Of a stretch of 64,000 nucleotides of DNA, positions 47,415 through 57,159 are shown in pieces. This DNA comes from Candidatus Gottesmanbacteria bacterium UBA6580 (GTDB taxonomy: Bacteria > Patescibacteriota > Microgenomatia > UBA10105 > UBA927). The translations under genes were made by a program, and so were the position numbers. The stretch covers positions 9,950 through 73,949 of the forward strand of contig DJJA01000003.1 in assembly GCA_002433895.1 (NCBI GenBank), read 5' to 3'. The notes under the pieces are model-generated. The model ran no database searches. It worked only from the letters and a program-made list of their open reading frames with translations, and was not told where the DNA came from. The first letter of the stretch is position 1; each line of letters starts with the position of its first letter.

Positions 47415-48116
47415 TTACTTCTTTTCTTCTGAAGCGGCTGGTTTTTCTGCTGAAGCTTCTGCGGGTTTTTCAGCGTCCTCTGCTGGTGCTTCGCCCTCTG
47501 CGGGGGCGGCTGCCTCTTCTGCGGCTGCAACCTCTGCTGCTGCCTGCTCTTCAGCTTCCTTACTCACTAATTCACCAACCTTCACAACGCTTATCGCGGC
47601 ATCAGAAAGAACCGCGACTCCTGAAGGAGCCAGGAGATCGGATACCTTCAGCTCCTGACCAACTTCCGCAAGTGACGCGACATCTACTTCAATTTTCTCC
47701 GGTAAATCTGTTGGCAGCGCTTCGACTTCAATTTCGGATAACAAAGTTAACAAAACACCGACTTTCTGCGCAACCGCTGGGGCTTCACCAACAAGCACCA
47801 AAGGCACATTGGCGTGAACTTTCTCTTTAAGATCAACTTGATGAAACTCAACGTGAAGTATGGTGTTTTTTACAGGATCCCGTTGTACATGGTGAACAAG
47901 CACGGGTTTCAGATCACTGCCCACGGCAAGCTCAATAAGTCCGGTTTCTCCCGTCTCCATGTAAGTCTTTGCGAAATCAGAAGCAGAGACGACTAAATTT
48001 TGACTGTCGACTTTTTTGCCATATACTGTTACCGGCAATAAACCGTCAGCCCGGAGTCTTTTTACTTTTCTGCCGACTATTTCTCTACTCTCCCCTTTTA
48101 ACGTATGTTTTTTCAT
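47415..48116 (-). CDS. rplY: 50S ribosomal protein L25/general stress protein Ctc with acidic Ala/Glu-rich tail
   Basis: 233 aa; N-terminal domain matches L25 (GRKVKRLRADGLLPVTVYGK). Confidence 0.8.
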   Translation of the reverse strand: MKKHTLKGESREIVGRKVKRLRADGLLPVTVYGKKVDSQNLVVSASDFAKTYMETGETGLIELAVGSDLKPVLVHHVQRDPVKNTILHVEFHQVDLKEKVHANVPLVLVGEAPAVAQKVGVLLTLLSEIEVEALPTDLPEKIEVDVASLAEVGQELKVSDLLAPSGVAVLSDAAISVVKVGELVSKEAEEQAAAEVAAAEEAAAPAEGEAPAEDAEKPAEASAEKPAASEEKK

Positions 48117-50602
48117 AAATTTTTCTGAAAGATGATACGGTACTTAGTATCTTTAGTCAGAGTTGTATTGTACTCAACGGAAGGCGCATTTGCAATACCA
48201 CCCTCTCCTGACGAGCCCCATGTTGGTGGATATCTGACAATAATATTCCACGGTGTTGCCGCTACCCCTGGCTGCTTTCGCAGCGTCAGCTCATACACTG
48301 CAACAGCGTTATCAAATGTAAGCGCATTTGCTCTTACCCAGGAAAGGGAAAGTTGTCTTGTCTGTTGTGGCGCAACAAACACTGGAACATGCACCACCTG
48401 ATGGGAGTTTGCCTCCTCAACAAACCAATATGGGGGTGACGGAGGGACCACTTTCGTTATGTCCCGTATAGGCACCATGACACCATCAAGGCTTACCTCC
48501 CGTACCGTAGCTCCCGAAGGCACGAGGATCCGCATATAATTTTGATATCCACCTGATCCGTCCTGTAGCACAGGCGCGTCATTACTCATCTTTACCGTAA
48601 ACGCATGCTCGATGCTACCGTCGGGCTCAATAGTTATTTGTGACAAAGCCTCACGTGTCACAAAAAAATTCGTCTTGTTCACACCCAGGTTTGCCTCAAC
48701 TAACCCGACACTATCCCCCTCCATGTCCACTGACCCGCTCCAATTCCACTGGCTTACTAATGACTGCAGTTGCTCATCGGTAAAATAAAACTGTATGTCG
48801 CGCGACTGAATTGCCTCCGTCATGACGTGAAGTAACGCGCCCGCAGAAAGCGTTCTGTCTGTGGTAATCCTGGTTAACAACGCATTCGTAAGTGCGCCCA
48901 AGAAATCTTTTTTTTGTGTGCTTCCCGGAAAAAAATCAGTTTGTGTATAAAGCAAAGATTTTGCAAAAAAATTACTTTCCGAAATTCTCTCGTTAAAATC
49001 TAAAAGTTCAATGGGCCCGGTAACGGTTAGCAACTTGGTAACCATCGGCAAACTGATAGCGATTACTCCATCGACGGTCACCCCCATTTCTTTTTCATAA
49101 AACCACGCCGCCTCCCTACCGCTTTCGGAAAAGTCGGGGTTCCAATTGCTGTCACGTAAATACCAATGCTCCTGACCAAGTATCTCCCGTATTGGCAAAG
49201 GAGGATCAATGTGTCCCTTTAATTGACCATCTGCTGTATATACATCCTGTACCTCCAATGACTCAACTCTTCCATCCACAAATGAAACCAGCAATAAGCT
49301 TCCGATAAATCCTCCTGTCGGCCGCAATTCCATGCTATTTTGAAGTAACACTAAATATGTTTGCTTACGGCGAAACCCTCCGATATGGGGATACATCGTA
49401 AGCAGTTTTTCTGTATATCCGATAATCTCCCTTACCCGCAGAAGTTCGTTTGCTGCTTTTGTTGAAATTTGGGAAACCGTGCGGGTAGCAAATGGAAACC
49501 GCCCGGCACTTTGCAATGAATCAAATTGCGCTGATATCAATGCTAAATGCTGTGACACCCGTGACACCTCCGTAGTCAACTTCGTGACATCAGCTAGGCC
49601 CGCGCTCCTGACAGATTGTTCAGGGAAAAATATTGACCCTGCCACCTGCTTACTTGTATTAAATATAGTGAGCGCGCCGGCTTCCGCTTTCGATATGTCC
49701 GAAAGAATAGAAATAAATCTGTCTTGATCTTCAGCGAGTCCGCCTTGTCCAACAAATACAAAAAAGGGTGACATGAAATGGAGCATCACGCGTGCTGCCT
49801 GAAGATATGAAGTACCATGCAGGATAAATATATTGGTAAGCCGGACATCATCCTTCAGTAAAGTCCTGCCGCTTAATACAAGTAACCCAGCGCCGATACT
49901 TAGAGAACTCAAATACATAAATAATGGAAGGAAAACGAGGAGCATTCCCACACCTGCCCAGCGGATCCACCGGGTATAAAAACGTGATTGCTTTTTTAAT
50001 GACCCCCCAGAACGCGAATGAAAAACCTGCTGTAGAGTATCCGCGATCCGCTTCTTATCCGTACTCTCCTGTACCGGCTCCACCGCTATCTGCTCACGTC
50101 GCGGTTCAGGAGCGATTACACTCTTTCTTTTTACCGTGTTCGGCTCTTTTCGGCTGTCATGACTTAATGCTCTTCCTGTGAAAAAAAATGCAAAGATATC
50201 ACGCACCTGCACTTCGCTCAGTGGCCGGGCGTCAACAAAGTAATATTTAATCTTCTGCGGCTGAAGCTCATTTAGATCGTCCAATAGACCTTCATAAATA
50301 ATGGCAAGTTTTTTGGAACTCTCCCACCGCTCACCTTCGTAAAAAGATTTCACGAAGTCAGTATCACCGACGCAAATAAGGTAGTGCGGTACCCCCGCAG
50401 CATGCCTGTTTACCAGAACTTTGCAGCCATACGATTCTAGATATTCCCGCAACGGTTCGGCAAACAATGTATTTTGCGCCTCAATACGGGCTACTGGCAT
50501 AGTATTTTCTCCCGCATTATTTGTATCAAGATGTGAAGAAGTCATAGGGGCAGTAATGTATCGCTTCTGTATTATGGCAAAACACGCTACCGAAAACAAC
50601 AC
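48113..50602 (-). CDS. Large membrane-anchored extracellular protein (DUF4012-like)
   Basis: 829 aa; internal TM (FYTRWIRWAGVGMLLVFLPLFMYL) then ~600 aa extracellular region; family assignment tentative. Confidence 0.4.
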   Translation of the reverse strand: MLFSVACFAIIQKRYITAPMTSSHLDTNNAGENTMPVARIEAQNTLFAEPLREYLESYGCKVLVNRHAAGVPHYLICVGDTDFVKSFYEGERWESSKKLAIIYEGLLDDLNELQPQKIKYYFVDARPLSEVQVRDIFAFFFTGRALSHDSRKEPNTVKRKSVIAPEPRREQIAVEPVQESTDKKRIADTLQQVFHSRSGGSLKKQSRFYTRWIRWAGVGMLLVFLPLFMYLSSLSIGAGLLVLSGRTLLKDDVRLTNIFILHGTSYLQAARVMLHFMSPFFVFVGQGGLAEDQDRFISILSDISKAEAGALTIFNTSKQVAGSIFFPEQSVRSAGLADVTKLTTEVSRVSQHLALISAQFDSLQSAGRFPFATRTVSQISTKAANELLRVREIIGYTEKLLTMYPHIGGFRRKQTYLVLLQNSMELRPTGGFIGSLLLVSFVDGRVESLEVQDVYTADGQLKGHIDPPLPIREILGQEHWYLRDSNWNPDFSESGREAAWFYEKEMGVTVDGVIAISLPMVTKLLTVTGPIELLDFNERISESNFFAKSLLYTQTDFFPGSTQKKDFLGALTNALLTRITTDRTLSAGALLHVMTEAIQSRDIQFYFTDEQLQSLVSQWNWSGSVDMEGDSVGLVEANLGVNKTNFFVTREALSQITIEPDGSIEHAFTVKMSNDAPVLQDGSGGYQNYMRILVPSGATVREVSLDGVMVPIRDITKVVPPSPPYWFVEEANSHQVVHVPVFVAPQQTRQLSLSWVRANALTFDNAVAVYELTLRKQPGVAATPWNIIVRYPPTWGSSGEGGIANAPSVEYNTTLTKDTKYRIIFQKNL

Positions 50603-50653
50603 AAATAAAAATTACACATACTGCCACGGTGAAGTAATCGCACATGAGGAAAA

Positions 50654-51073
50654 CTAGGCGTCCAGTGCTTGATTTACAAAAAAGTCAGCACGGGAATTCT
50701 GCTCCCGGGGAACTGCCGCATACTGGATCTGCCCGCCAACTTGCTGCTCCAAAACACGGACGCGCATAAGTAGCTCACGCAGATGAGGCTGCTTAATCTT
50801 AAACAAGCCATTCAGCTGGTTAACCACAAGGGTTGAGTCCAGAAAAAAAGAAATTGATTGCACACTTCCCCGCTCTCGCATTTCGGGGCGCAACAAAAAA
50901 TTCAACGCCTCAATGACCGCCTGGTACTCAGCAGTGTTATTGGTCGTTTCTCCAATAGTTTTACCAAACTCGGCAACGACCTTGCCGTCACGTTCATCTT
51001 CGATAACTACACCAATAGCGGCTGGTCCAGGATTACCCCGCGCACCACCATCGGTATGTATGATGTATTTCAT
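50654..51073 (-). CDS. rnhA: Ribonuclease HI
   Basis: 139 aa; HTDGGARGNPGPAA and TNNTAEYQAVIEAL catalytic motifs. Confidence 0.85.
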   Translation of the reverse strand: MKYIIHTDGGARGNPGPAAIGVVIEDERDGKVVAEFGKTIGETTNNTAEYQAVIEALNFLLRPEMRERGSVQSISFFLDSTLVVNQLNGLFKIKQPHLRELLMRVRVLEQQVGGQIQYAAVPREQNSRADFFVNQALDA

Positions 51074-51076
51074 AGG

Positions 51077-52375
51077 TTATGTTTTTATCGAGTTGCGGTA
51101 TTTGACTAACGCAATTATACCGGTTGAAACCAAAACAAAAAACTCCGAAGATATCGTTATCCAAGCGGCAGCATGCATACCGTAGCTCGGAATAAATATT
51201 GCGTTACAAAAAATATTTCCAATCATCGCAATACCGTGAACGACAAGTAACACCCGTTGCATTTTCCGGGCGATAAGAAACCACATAAATAATGCGGATA
51301 CAAAAAAAATGGGTAAACCGAGAATGAGAATTCGCAGCGGCGCGATGCTATCTGCAAAATCAGGCCGGACCAGGGTTACCAGTGGGGCAGTCACCCATAT
51401 GCCAACCGCCAAGATCACCGAACTAAAAAGTAAAAACTGCAAAGACCGGATAAAAATATTCCTGTCTTGGGAGCCCTGCTGTTTACCGTTTTTCAAAAGA
51501 AGTGGATATACCGCGTTCATGAAAAAAATTGGCACCACCAAGGGAAGCTCAAACACTTTATACGCAAGACCATAAATTCCTACCTCACGTGTTGTTCGTG
51601 TGAGTGTAAGCACCACACTGTCTGAGTGAAAATAAATAAGATTGAAAATAAGCGCAAGACCTAAAGGCGTTCCATCACGCAAATAGGAAGCAAACGCGGA
51701 AAAAGAAATTTTTGGCAATATACTTCCCAAGTGCCCCCGTACTAGCTTGAGCGCAAGCAATGCCGTAATGACGCTGCCAGCGATAACAGAAAATACCCCC
51801 AAAAAAGAGCCGCTGATTGAGGTCCAGTAGGAGAGCGACATCACTACTGTTAACATCGCCAACGAACCTGCGTTTTGCGCAACAGTTGAAAGGTCATACC
51901 GGAGGATTTTCTGAAAAAATGCATTTGTCGTGGTGGTCACCGCCTGGGCAAAAATAACCGGAATAAGTATCACAATGCCGAGGCGCACAAGTTCGGTATA
52001 TCCCTGACTAAGGCCGGGTGGGAGGAGGGATAAGATTGCAAGCGCAACGGCAATCAGCACCAAGCTCATGATTAACCGAAGTCCCAAGAGAAGCCGCCAA
52101 TCATTGCCGACGCTCGGTCTGGATATTTTTTCTTCGCCAGCTGTTCGCTGAAGATATACCGCGTTTAACCCAAAATCTGCTATCAAGTAAAAAAAGCTTA
52201 CGTAGGTGGTAATTTTAACAAAGTCCCCATACCCCTCAGGACCGTAGCGTTTTGCGATAAGCAAACTTACAATCACCACAGCCACTGAACTAATAACTCG
52301 CCCAATCAGCTGACTAAGCGTATTACCAGCTACAATTCGACGCAACGAACCCCGGGGAAGCCAATCGTGTAACAT
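51077..52375 (-). CDS. Polysaccharide biosynthesis flippase (Wzx/MOP superfamily)
   Basis: 432 aa; about 12 TM helices, typical flippase topology. Confidence 0.6.
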   Translation of the reverse strand: MLHDWLPRGSLRRIVAGNTLSQLIGRVISSVAVVIVSLLIAKRYGPEGYGDFVKITTYVSFFYLIADFGLNAVYLQRTAGEEKISRPSVGNDWRLLLGLRLIMSLVLIAVALAILSLLPPGLSQGYTELVRLGIVILIPVIFAQAVTTTTNAFFQKILRYDLSTVAQNAGSLAMLTVVMSLSYWTSISGSFLGVFSVIAGSVITALLALKLVRGHLGSILPKISFSAFASYLRDGTPLGLALIFNLIYFHSDSVVLTLTRTTREVGIYGLAYKVFELPLVVPIFFMNAVYPLLLKNGKQQGSQDRNIFIRSLQFLLFSSVILAVGIWVTAPLVTLVRPDFADSIAPLRILILGLPIFFVSALFMWFLIARKMQRVLLVVHGIAMIGNIFCNAIFIPSYGMHAAAWITISSEFFVLVSTGIIALVKYRNSIKT

Positions 52376-52402
52376 GGGGCAATTGTAGCATGTTTATACT
52401 TT

Positions 52403-53695
52403 TTACCTCTTTAAAATTAATCCAAGAAGAACTACTGACCACAGTTGTCCCTGCTGCAGCGTGACGGGGTAGTGATCAATACTGCCTATTACGAGGAAAT
52501 ATCCACATGCAGCAAACCAGAGGGGGATTGTACCGCGGTAGAACCGGGCACTCTTTATCATATACCAAAAGAAAATAATGATACCTGCAATACCCGCAAC
52601 ACCAACTTCTGCTAATGCTAATAGAAAAATATTATGCGCCGGTTGGATAAAATTTATATACCTGCTGACATCACTTTCCGGCAGCACTATCATGAAATTA
52701 CCTAGTCCTTTTCCAAAAACAGGGGATACGCGCCACATATCCACTGCCGCACGGTTTAATTCAATTCTTCTCACCACGCTTTCACTGGTAGCTGACGGGG
52801 CAAAAATAATACTTAACCAAGTTATGCCGGTAACGATCAGCAGCAGCACTATGGTCACACTGCGAGCCACATGCTCACGTGTGCCGAAGTGTTTACCAGA
52901 AAGAAATAAAATCACCACTGTCAGCAGCCCGAGACCACCAACTATCCATGCGCTTCTGCTAAACGTTATAAGCAGCGCCACCAATCCCAACAGGAGCACC
53001 ACCCAATAATATACACGCTGCACCAGTGTACGTATAGTTAACGTATTTGTCAGAACCATAAATAAAATAACCGGTAACACTGTTGCCAAAAACCCTCCGA
53101 GAACATTTGGGTGGGAAAATGTAGCGTATGGGCGAAGCAACAACATACACGGTGAATGTTCTAATAAACAAAAATCGAACCGGGAAATCCCTGGAGTATC
53201 CAAAGAAAATGTCCGTTCACCCAAAACCCAAAAAAATCCACCAACTGAACGTTGTACCACAAACTGCATAATCGCGAGAACTGATGTGTACAACACACCA
53301 AGCGATATATATGGGATAACCGTAGCTCCCTTTTGTTTCGTGCTGATGATATACCACCCTAATAATATAAATTCCAACAATTTTATCCACTTATACACCG
53401 CCACGGGCTGACTCGCGGCGAGCAAAACATTTACAATGACAAATCCCGTGGCAAGTAATATATACCCGGAGGGCATAACTACATTTTTTTTACTACGGGG
53501 AGCATTATGAAAGGCGCGGTCTTTGAGCCAAAAAAGAATAACAAGGAACAGTACGATGTCAGTAATAAACAATGTGGGGGAGAGATAATCAATTCTTCTG
53601 CCTAAGACATATGCCCAGTCCGGCCATAGATGTAATCCAAATTGTGTTGGAATAAGAACAAGCAGCAAGTAAAATAGCCGCTGATGAATAGTCAT
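52403..53695 (-). CDS. O-antigen ligase/polymerase-family membrane protein
   Basis: 430 aa; multi-TM with an FSRSAW loop motif typical of the Wzy_C/O-antigen ligase domain. Confidence 0.6.
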   Translation of the reverse strand: MTIHQRLFYLLLVLIPTQFGLHLWPDWAYVLGRRIDYLSPTLFITDIVLFLVILFWLKDRAFHNAPRSKKNVVMPSGYILLATGFVIVNVLLAASQPVAVYKWIKLLEFILLGWYIISTKQKGATVIPYISLGVLYTSVLAIMQFVVQRSVGGFFWVLGERTFSLDTPGISRFDFCLLEHSPCMLLLRPYATFSHPNVLGGFLATVLPVILFMVLTNTLTIRTLVQRVYYWVVLLLGLVALLITFSRSAWIVGGLGLLTVVILFLSGKHFGTREHVARSVTIVLLLIVTGITWLSIIFAPSATSESVVRRIELNRAAVDMWRVSPVFGKGLGNFMIVLPESDVSRYINFIQPAHNIFLLALAEVGVAGIAGIIIFFWYMIKSARFYRGTIPLWFAACGYFLVIGSIDHYPVTLQQGQLWSVVLLGLILKR

Positions 53696-53719
53696 TAGCG
53701 CTATTATAACCCGAGGCGG

Positions 53720-54169
53720 TTATTTTGGCTTCACAAGGAGTATCCGGTCATCACCTTCACCCATGGATTCTGTTTCTATGCGGTCATCACCTGATAGCGT
53801 CAGATGAATAATACGCCGTTCTGCCGGAGTTAACCGCGAAAGCTCGACAGGCCTACCCAACGCAAGCGCTCTGTCCGCTGCCCGCTGCGCCATGTGCATA
53901 AGTGTTTCTTCACGTTTTTCACGGTAATCTCCTACGTTTACGTACGCTTTTACCCACCGTCCAAGTGACTTAGAAACCATGATACCTAAAATAAGCTGAA
54001 GACTTTCCAGCGTTTTTCCATGATGTCCGATAAGAAGACCGGTTTCTTCTGTTTCAATTCCCACCCGGAATGCTCCGGTCTCATCGGTGGTTACGGTAAC
54101 CGACCCTGCAATTTCCAGCTTACCCAACAGATCCTCAACAATTTGCTGCACTGTTTGTATGTCTTCCAT
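53720..54169 (-). CDS. jag: Jag/KhpB-like RNA-binding protein (KH + R3H domains)
   Basis: 149 aa; GHHGKTLESLQ KH region and C-terminal R3H; sits downstream of yidC. Confidence 0.7.
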   Translation of the reverse strand: MEDIQTVQQIVEDLLGKLEIAGSVTVTTDETGAFRVGIETEETGLLIGHHGKTLESLQLILGIMVSKSLGRWVKAYVNVGDYREKREETLMHMAQRAADRALALGRPVELSRLTPAERRIIHLTLSGDDRIETESMGEGDDRILLVKPK

Positions 54170-54178
54170 AAGTATTAA

Positions 54179-54979
54179 TTATTTCTCACGGTTCACCGCG
54201 AGTTGTTGCATGATACCAAAAACTCCGAATACGTTCCAGTAGAGCGCGAGTCCCAACGGAAACTGATATGCAAACATACCAAACATAATGGGGGTAATCA
54301 TCGCCATTTGTTTCTGCATTTCCATGGCGGTATCTTCCGGCTTTTTTTCTTCCTTGCCTTTCACCTCCAGCTGTTTACCGGTCGCCACTGTACTTTGCGG
54401 AAGCATTAGTTTACTCTGCCACCACTGCAGCGCCGCGGTAACGACGGGAATGAGCAACAACCATACACCATGTGTTTGCCACTCACTTGGTTTTACACCC
54501 AAATTAGATCCAAAAAATGAAAGATCCAATCCGGATAAATGAAGTGAGGATGTATAGAGCACCTTATTGAGATCTTCGACTAACTTCGCCATGTTTCCGT
54601 TTTGCAGCACCTGATAAAACACATTATAGAGAGCAATAAGCACCGGCAACTGGATAAGGAGGGGGAGACATCCTGCGGCGGGATTGACACCGTGAGATTT
54701 ATATAAATCAAGTTGCGCCTGTTGCAATGCCTTTTTATCATCTTTGTGCTTTGCATTTAATGCATCTAGGTGAGGCTTTAGCTGTTGCATTTTTTTGGCA
54801 GACTTCATTTGCGCTGCCATGAGAGGGTAGAGGATGAGGCGGATAACGATGGTAAGTGCAATGACCGCAAATCCCAACGGGCCGGGAATATGTAGCCATT
54901 CAAAAAATTTATAAAGGGCGACCAGTAAGTTTACGATTGGCCACACAAACAATTGATTCCAGAGTGTTGGGTTTGTCAT
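54179..54979 (-). CDS. yidC: Membrane protein insertase YidC
   Basis: 266 aa; short YidC/Oxa1-type core with five TM helices; operon position after yidD. Confidence 0.8.
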   Translation of the reverse strand: MTNPTLWNQLFVWPIVNLLVALYKFFEWLHIPGPLGFAVIALTIVIRLILYPLMAAQMKSAKKMQQLKPHLDALNAKHKDDKKALQQAQLDLYKSHGVNPAAGCLPLLIQLPVLIALYNVFYQVLQNGNMAKLVEDLNKVLYTSSLHLSGLDLSFFGSNLGVKPSEWQTHGVWLLLIPVVTAALQWWQSKLMLPQSTVATGKQLEVKGKEEKKPEDTAMEMQKQMAMITPIMFGMFAYQFPLGLALYWNVFGVFGIMQQLAVNREK

Positions 54980-55251
54980 ATATGAAATTTTTTCGGAACC
55001 GGATCAGCTCCTGCCGAGGCCCAGGGGTGACAACGGAGTATTCGCTTCAACCCTAACCAGGATCCTCGCATTATACCATACGCTTCGATCGCCTGATATG
55101 TGTACTCGCTACAGGTAGGCCGGTACCGGCACGCGCTGTCAACCAACCATAACGCTTTTAATAAACCGGTATCCGGCGAAAAATATTTCTGATAAAACCG
55201 GATAGCAGATAAAACAAATTGCTTCATATATCGCTTATAAAGCCACATCAA
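54976..55251 (-). CDS. yidD: Membrane protein insertion efficiency factor YidD
   Basis: 91 aa; [10 protein letters not shown]...RCHPW signature. Confidence 0.8.
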   Translation of the reverse strand: MMWLYKRYMKQFVLSAIRFYQKYFSPDTGLLKALWLVDSACRYRPTCSEYTYQAIEAYGIMRGSWLGLKRILRCHPWASAGADPVPKKFHI

Positions 55252-55254
55252 TAA

Positions 55255-55587
55255 CTACCGTAAGACTCCGATTTTGACAAAAGCTTTCCGAAGGAGAACC
55301 TCAACAGTTTCACGTGAATTTCCCATACTTTGCCGCGCGACGATAACACAATCAACCCCTCGCACGAGCTCGGGGAGCATGCTGCGTACCGCTTCACGTA
55401 ATAATCGTTTTATTCTATTTCTTGCGGTTGCCCGTTTATCAACTTTTGCGGATACGACAAACCCGAAACGGAAACCATTTTCTTTTGGAATATACACCAC
55501 GTCAAATGACTGTTCATGTACCCGGGTGCCACGACGCAACAAAGGGGACACATCAACGGAAGGAAGTCGATTGATTGTGGGAAGCAT
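55255..55587 (-). CDS. rnpA: Ribonuclease P protein component
   Basis: 110 aa; basic RnpA fold with the RNR-type motif region (ATARNRIKRLLRE). Confidence 0.8.
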   Translation of the reverse strand: MLPTINRLPSVDVSPLLRRGTRVHEQSFDVVYIPKENGFRFGFVVSAKVDKRATARNRIKRLLREAVRSMLPELVRGVDCVIVARQSMGNSRETVEVLLRKAFVKIGVLR

Positions 55588-55595
55588 GCGCGAAA

Positions 55596-55733
55596 TTATA
55601 CCGTCAGTTTTTTGCGCCCGGTTGCCCTGCGGCGTTTCAAAACTTGCCGGCCTTTCACACTTTTCATGCGTTCACGAAATCCGTGTACCCGTTTTCTTTT
55701 GAGTTTTTTTGGCTGGTAGGTGCGTTTTGGCAT
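55596..55733 (-). CDS. rpmH: 50S ribosomal protein L34
   Basis: Not in the ORF track (<60 aa). The minus strand translates to [45 protein letters not shown]. Confidence 0.85.
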   Translation of the reverse strand: MPKRTYQPKKLKRKRVHGFRERMKSVKGRQVLKRRRATGRKKLTV

Positions 55734-55779
55734 AACCATAGTATACCGTAATTCCGGCTCCTAACACAAGGGTAGTGCT

Positions 55780-57156
55780 TCACCGGGGCGTCCCGAGTTC
55801 TCTCACTGCAGTTTTAAACTGGTTTCCACGGTCTTCGTAATCCCGGAACATATTATAGCTCGCGCTCGCGGGTGAAAGGAGGCATATTTTTCCTTGCGGG
55901 GTGTGTTTGTATGCCAGACGCACCGCCTCTTCCATAGAGCTCACTTCAAATTTTTGGATAGGATAGTCTTGTTGCACCTCGCCGATAGCTTCCCATATCT
56001 TTTTGCCTGTATCGGGAAATAATATAAGTGTTGGTACAAAATGACTCCGTAGATAGGCGCCGAGCTCTGTAAAATCTAAACTCCGGTCATATCCGCCGGC
56101 GAGCAGTGTTACCACATCAGGCCCCAGCGCTTCCAGTGCGTGCACGGTTGCCTGCGGGATAGTGGCAAGCGAATCATTATAAAATCTCACGCCCCGGTAC
56201 TCGCCGACATACTCGAGCCGGTGGGGAAGAGACTGAAATGGGGTAATCGCAGCGGCGATGGATATAACAGGCACGTCCATAAGATGAGCTACCGTGACCG
56301 CTGCGAGCACATTTTCTACGTTCCCCAAAAGCGGCACGTCCGCAAGATTTATAACCGGGGATTCTCCATCTGTTGCGTTCACCATAATAATGCTGCGTTG
56401 TATGTATGTCTGTAATTCGGAAGTTTTATCTGCCCCAAACCGGACGTGATTCGCAGCAGTTGTTTTTGCGATCTCCCGGACATATGTGTGTGTTGGGTTA
56501 TATACAAAGTAATCACCGGTACCTTGATGCCTCGTAATATTTCCTTTCGCGTTCACATAGCTCAAAAAATCAGGATAGTAATCCAAATGCTCAGAGACAA
56601 TGCCAAGCATGACGGCAATATGCGGACTATACCGGCAATCCAATAACTGGTGACTGGATAACTCAAGGACAAAAACCGTGTTTGCATCAGCTGTGCCCAA
56701 TGAATCGAGCATGGGCTCACCGATGTTACCCGCAAGCCGCACGTCTTTAATGGACGAAGATAAAATATGCGCGATCAAGCTGGACGTCGTACTTTTTCCC
56801 TTCGTGCCGGTAATACCTATTGTTGTACCGCGGACGAGGGAAAAAAAGATATTTGTTGCCGAAGTTACATGGCCACCCTTTTTAATATATTCAGATATTT
56901 CAGGTAAGTAAGGGGAAATGCCGGGGCTTCGCACCACCGTATCATATTCATCGAGATGAAATAAATAACCCTCACCGTTATAGACCGCTGCACCGTTATA
57001 TATCTCCCCGGTAGTTGACCCGGTCTCTACTCTTCTATCCGCAATACCAACTCTTATATCTGGATAGTGGGTCGTAAGCCACCGGTGGATGCTTTTTCCC
57101 TCCCGCCCATATCCCAAAATAAGCACAGACTTCCCCTTAATTTCTGGTGTTTTCAT
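55780..57156 (-). CDS. murD: UDP-N-acetylmuramoyl-L-alanine--glutamate ligase (MurD family)
   Basis: 458 aa; N-terminal Rossmann KSVLILGYGREG, Mur ligase P-loop GTKGKSTT, C-terminal domain. Confidence 0.8.
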   Translation of the reverse strand: MKTPEIKGKSVLILGYGREGKSIHRWLTTHYPDIRVGIADRRVETGSTTGEIYNGAAVYNGEGYLFHLDEYDTVVRSPGISPYLPEISEYIKKGGHVTSATNIFFSLVRGTTIGITGTKGKSTTSSLIAHILSSSIKDVRLAGNIGEPMLDSLGTADANTVFVLELSSHQLLDCRYSPHIAVMLGIVSEHLDYYPDFLSYVNAKGNITRHQGTGDYFVYNPTHTYVREIAKTTAANHVRFGADKTSELQTYIQRSIIMVNATDGESPVINLADVPLLGNVENVLAAVTVAHLMDVPVISIAAAITPFQSLPHRLEYVGEYRGVRFYNDSLATIPQATVHALEALGPDVVTLLAGGYDRSLDFTELGAYLRSHFVPTLILFPDTGKKIWEAIGEVQQDYPIQKFEVSSMEEAVRLAYKHTPQGKICLLSPASASYNMFRDYEDRGNQFKTAVRELGTPR

Positions 57157-57159
57157 AAT

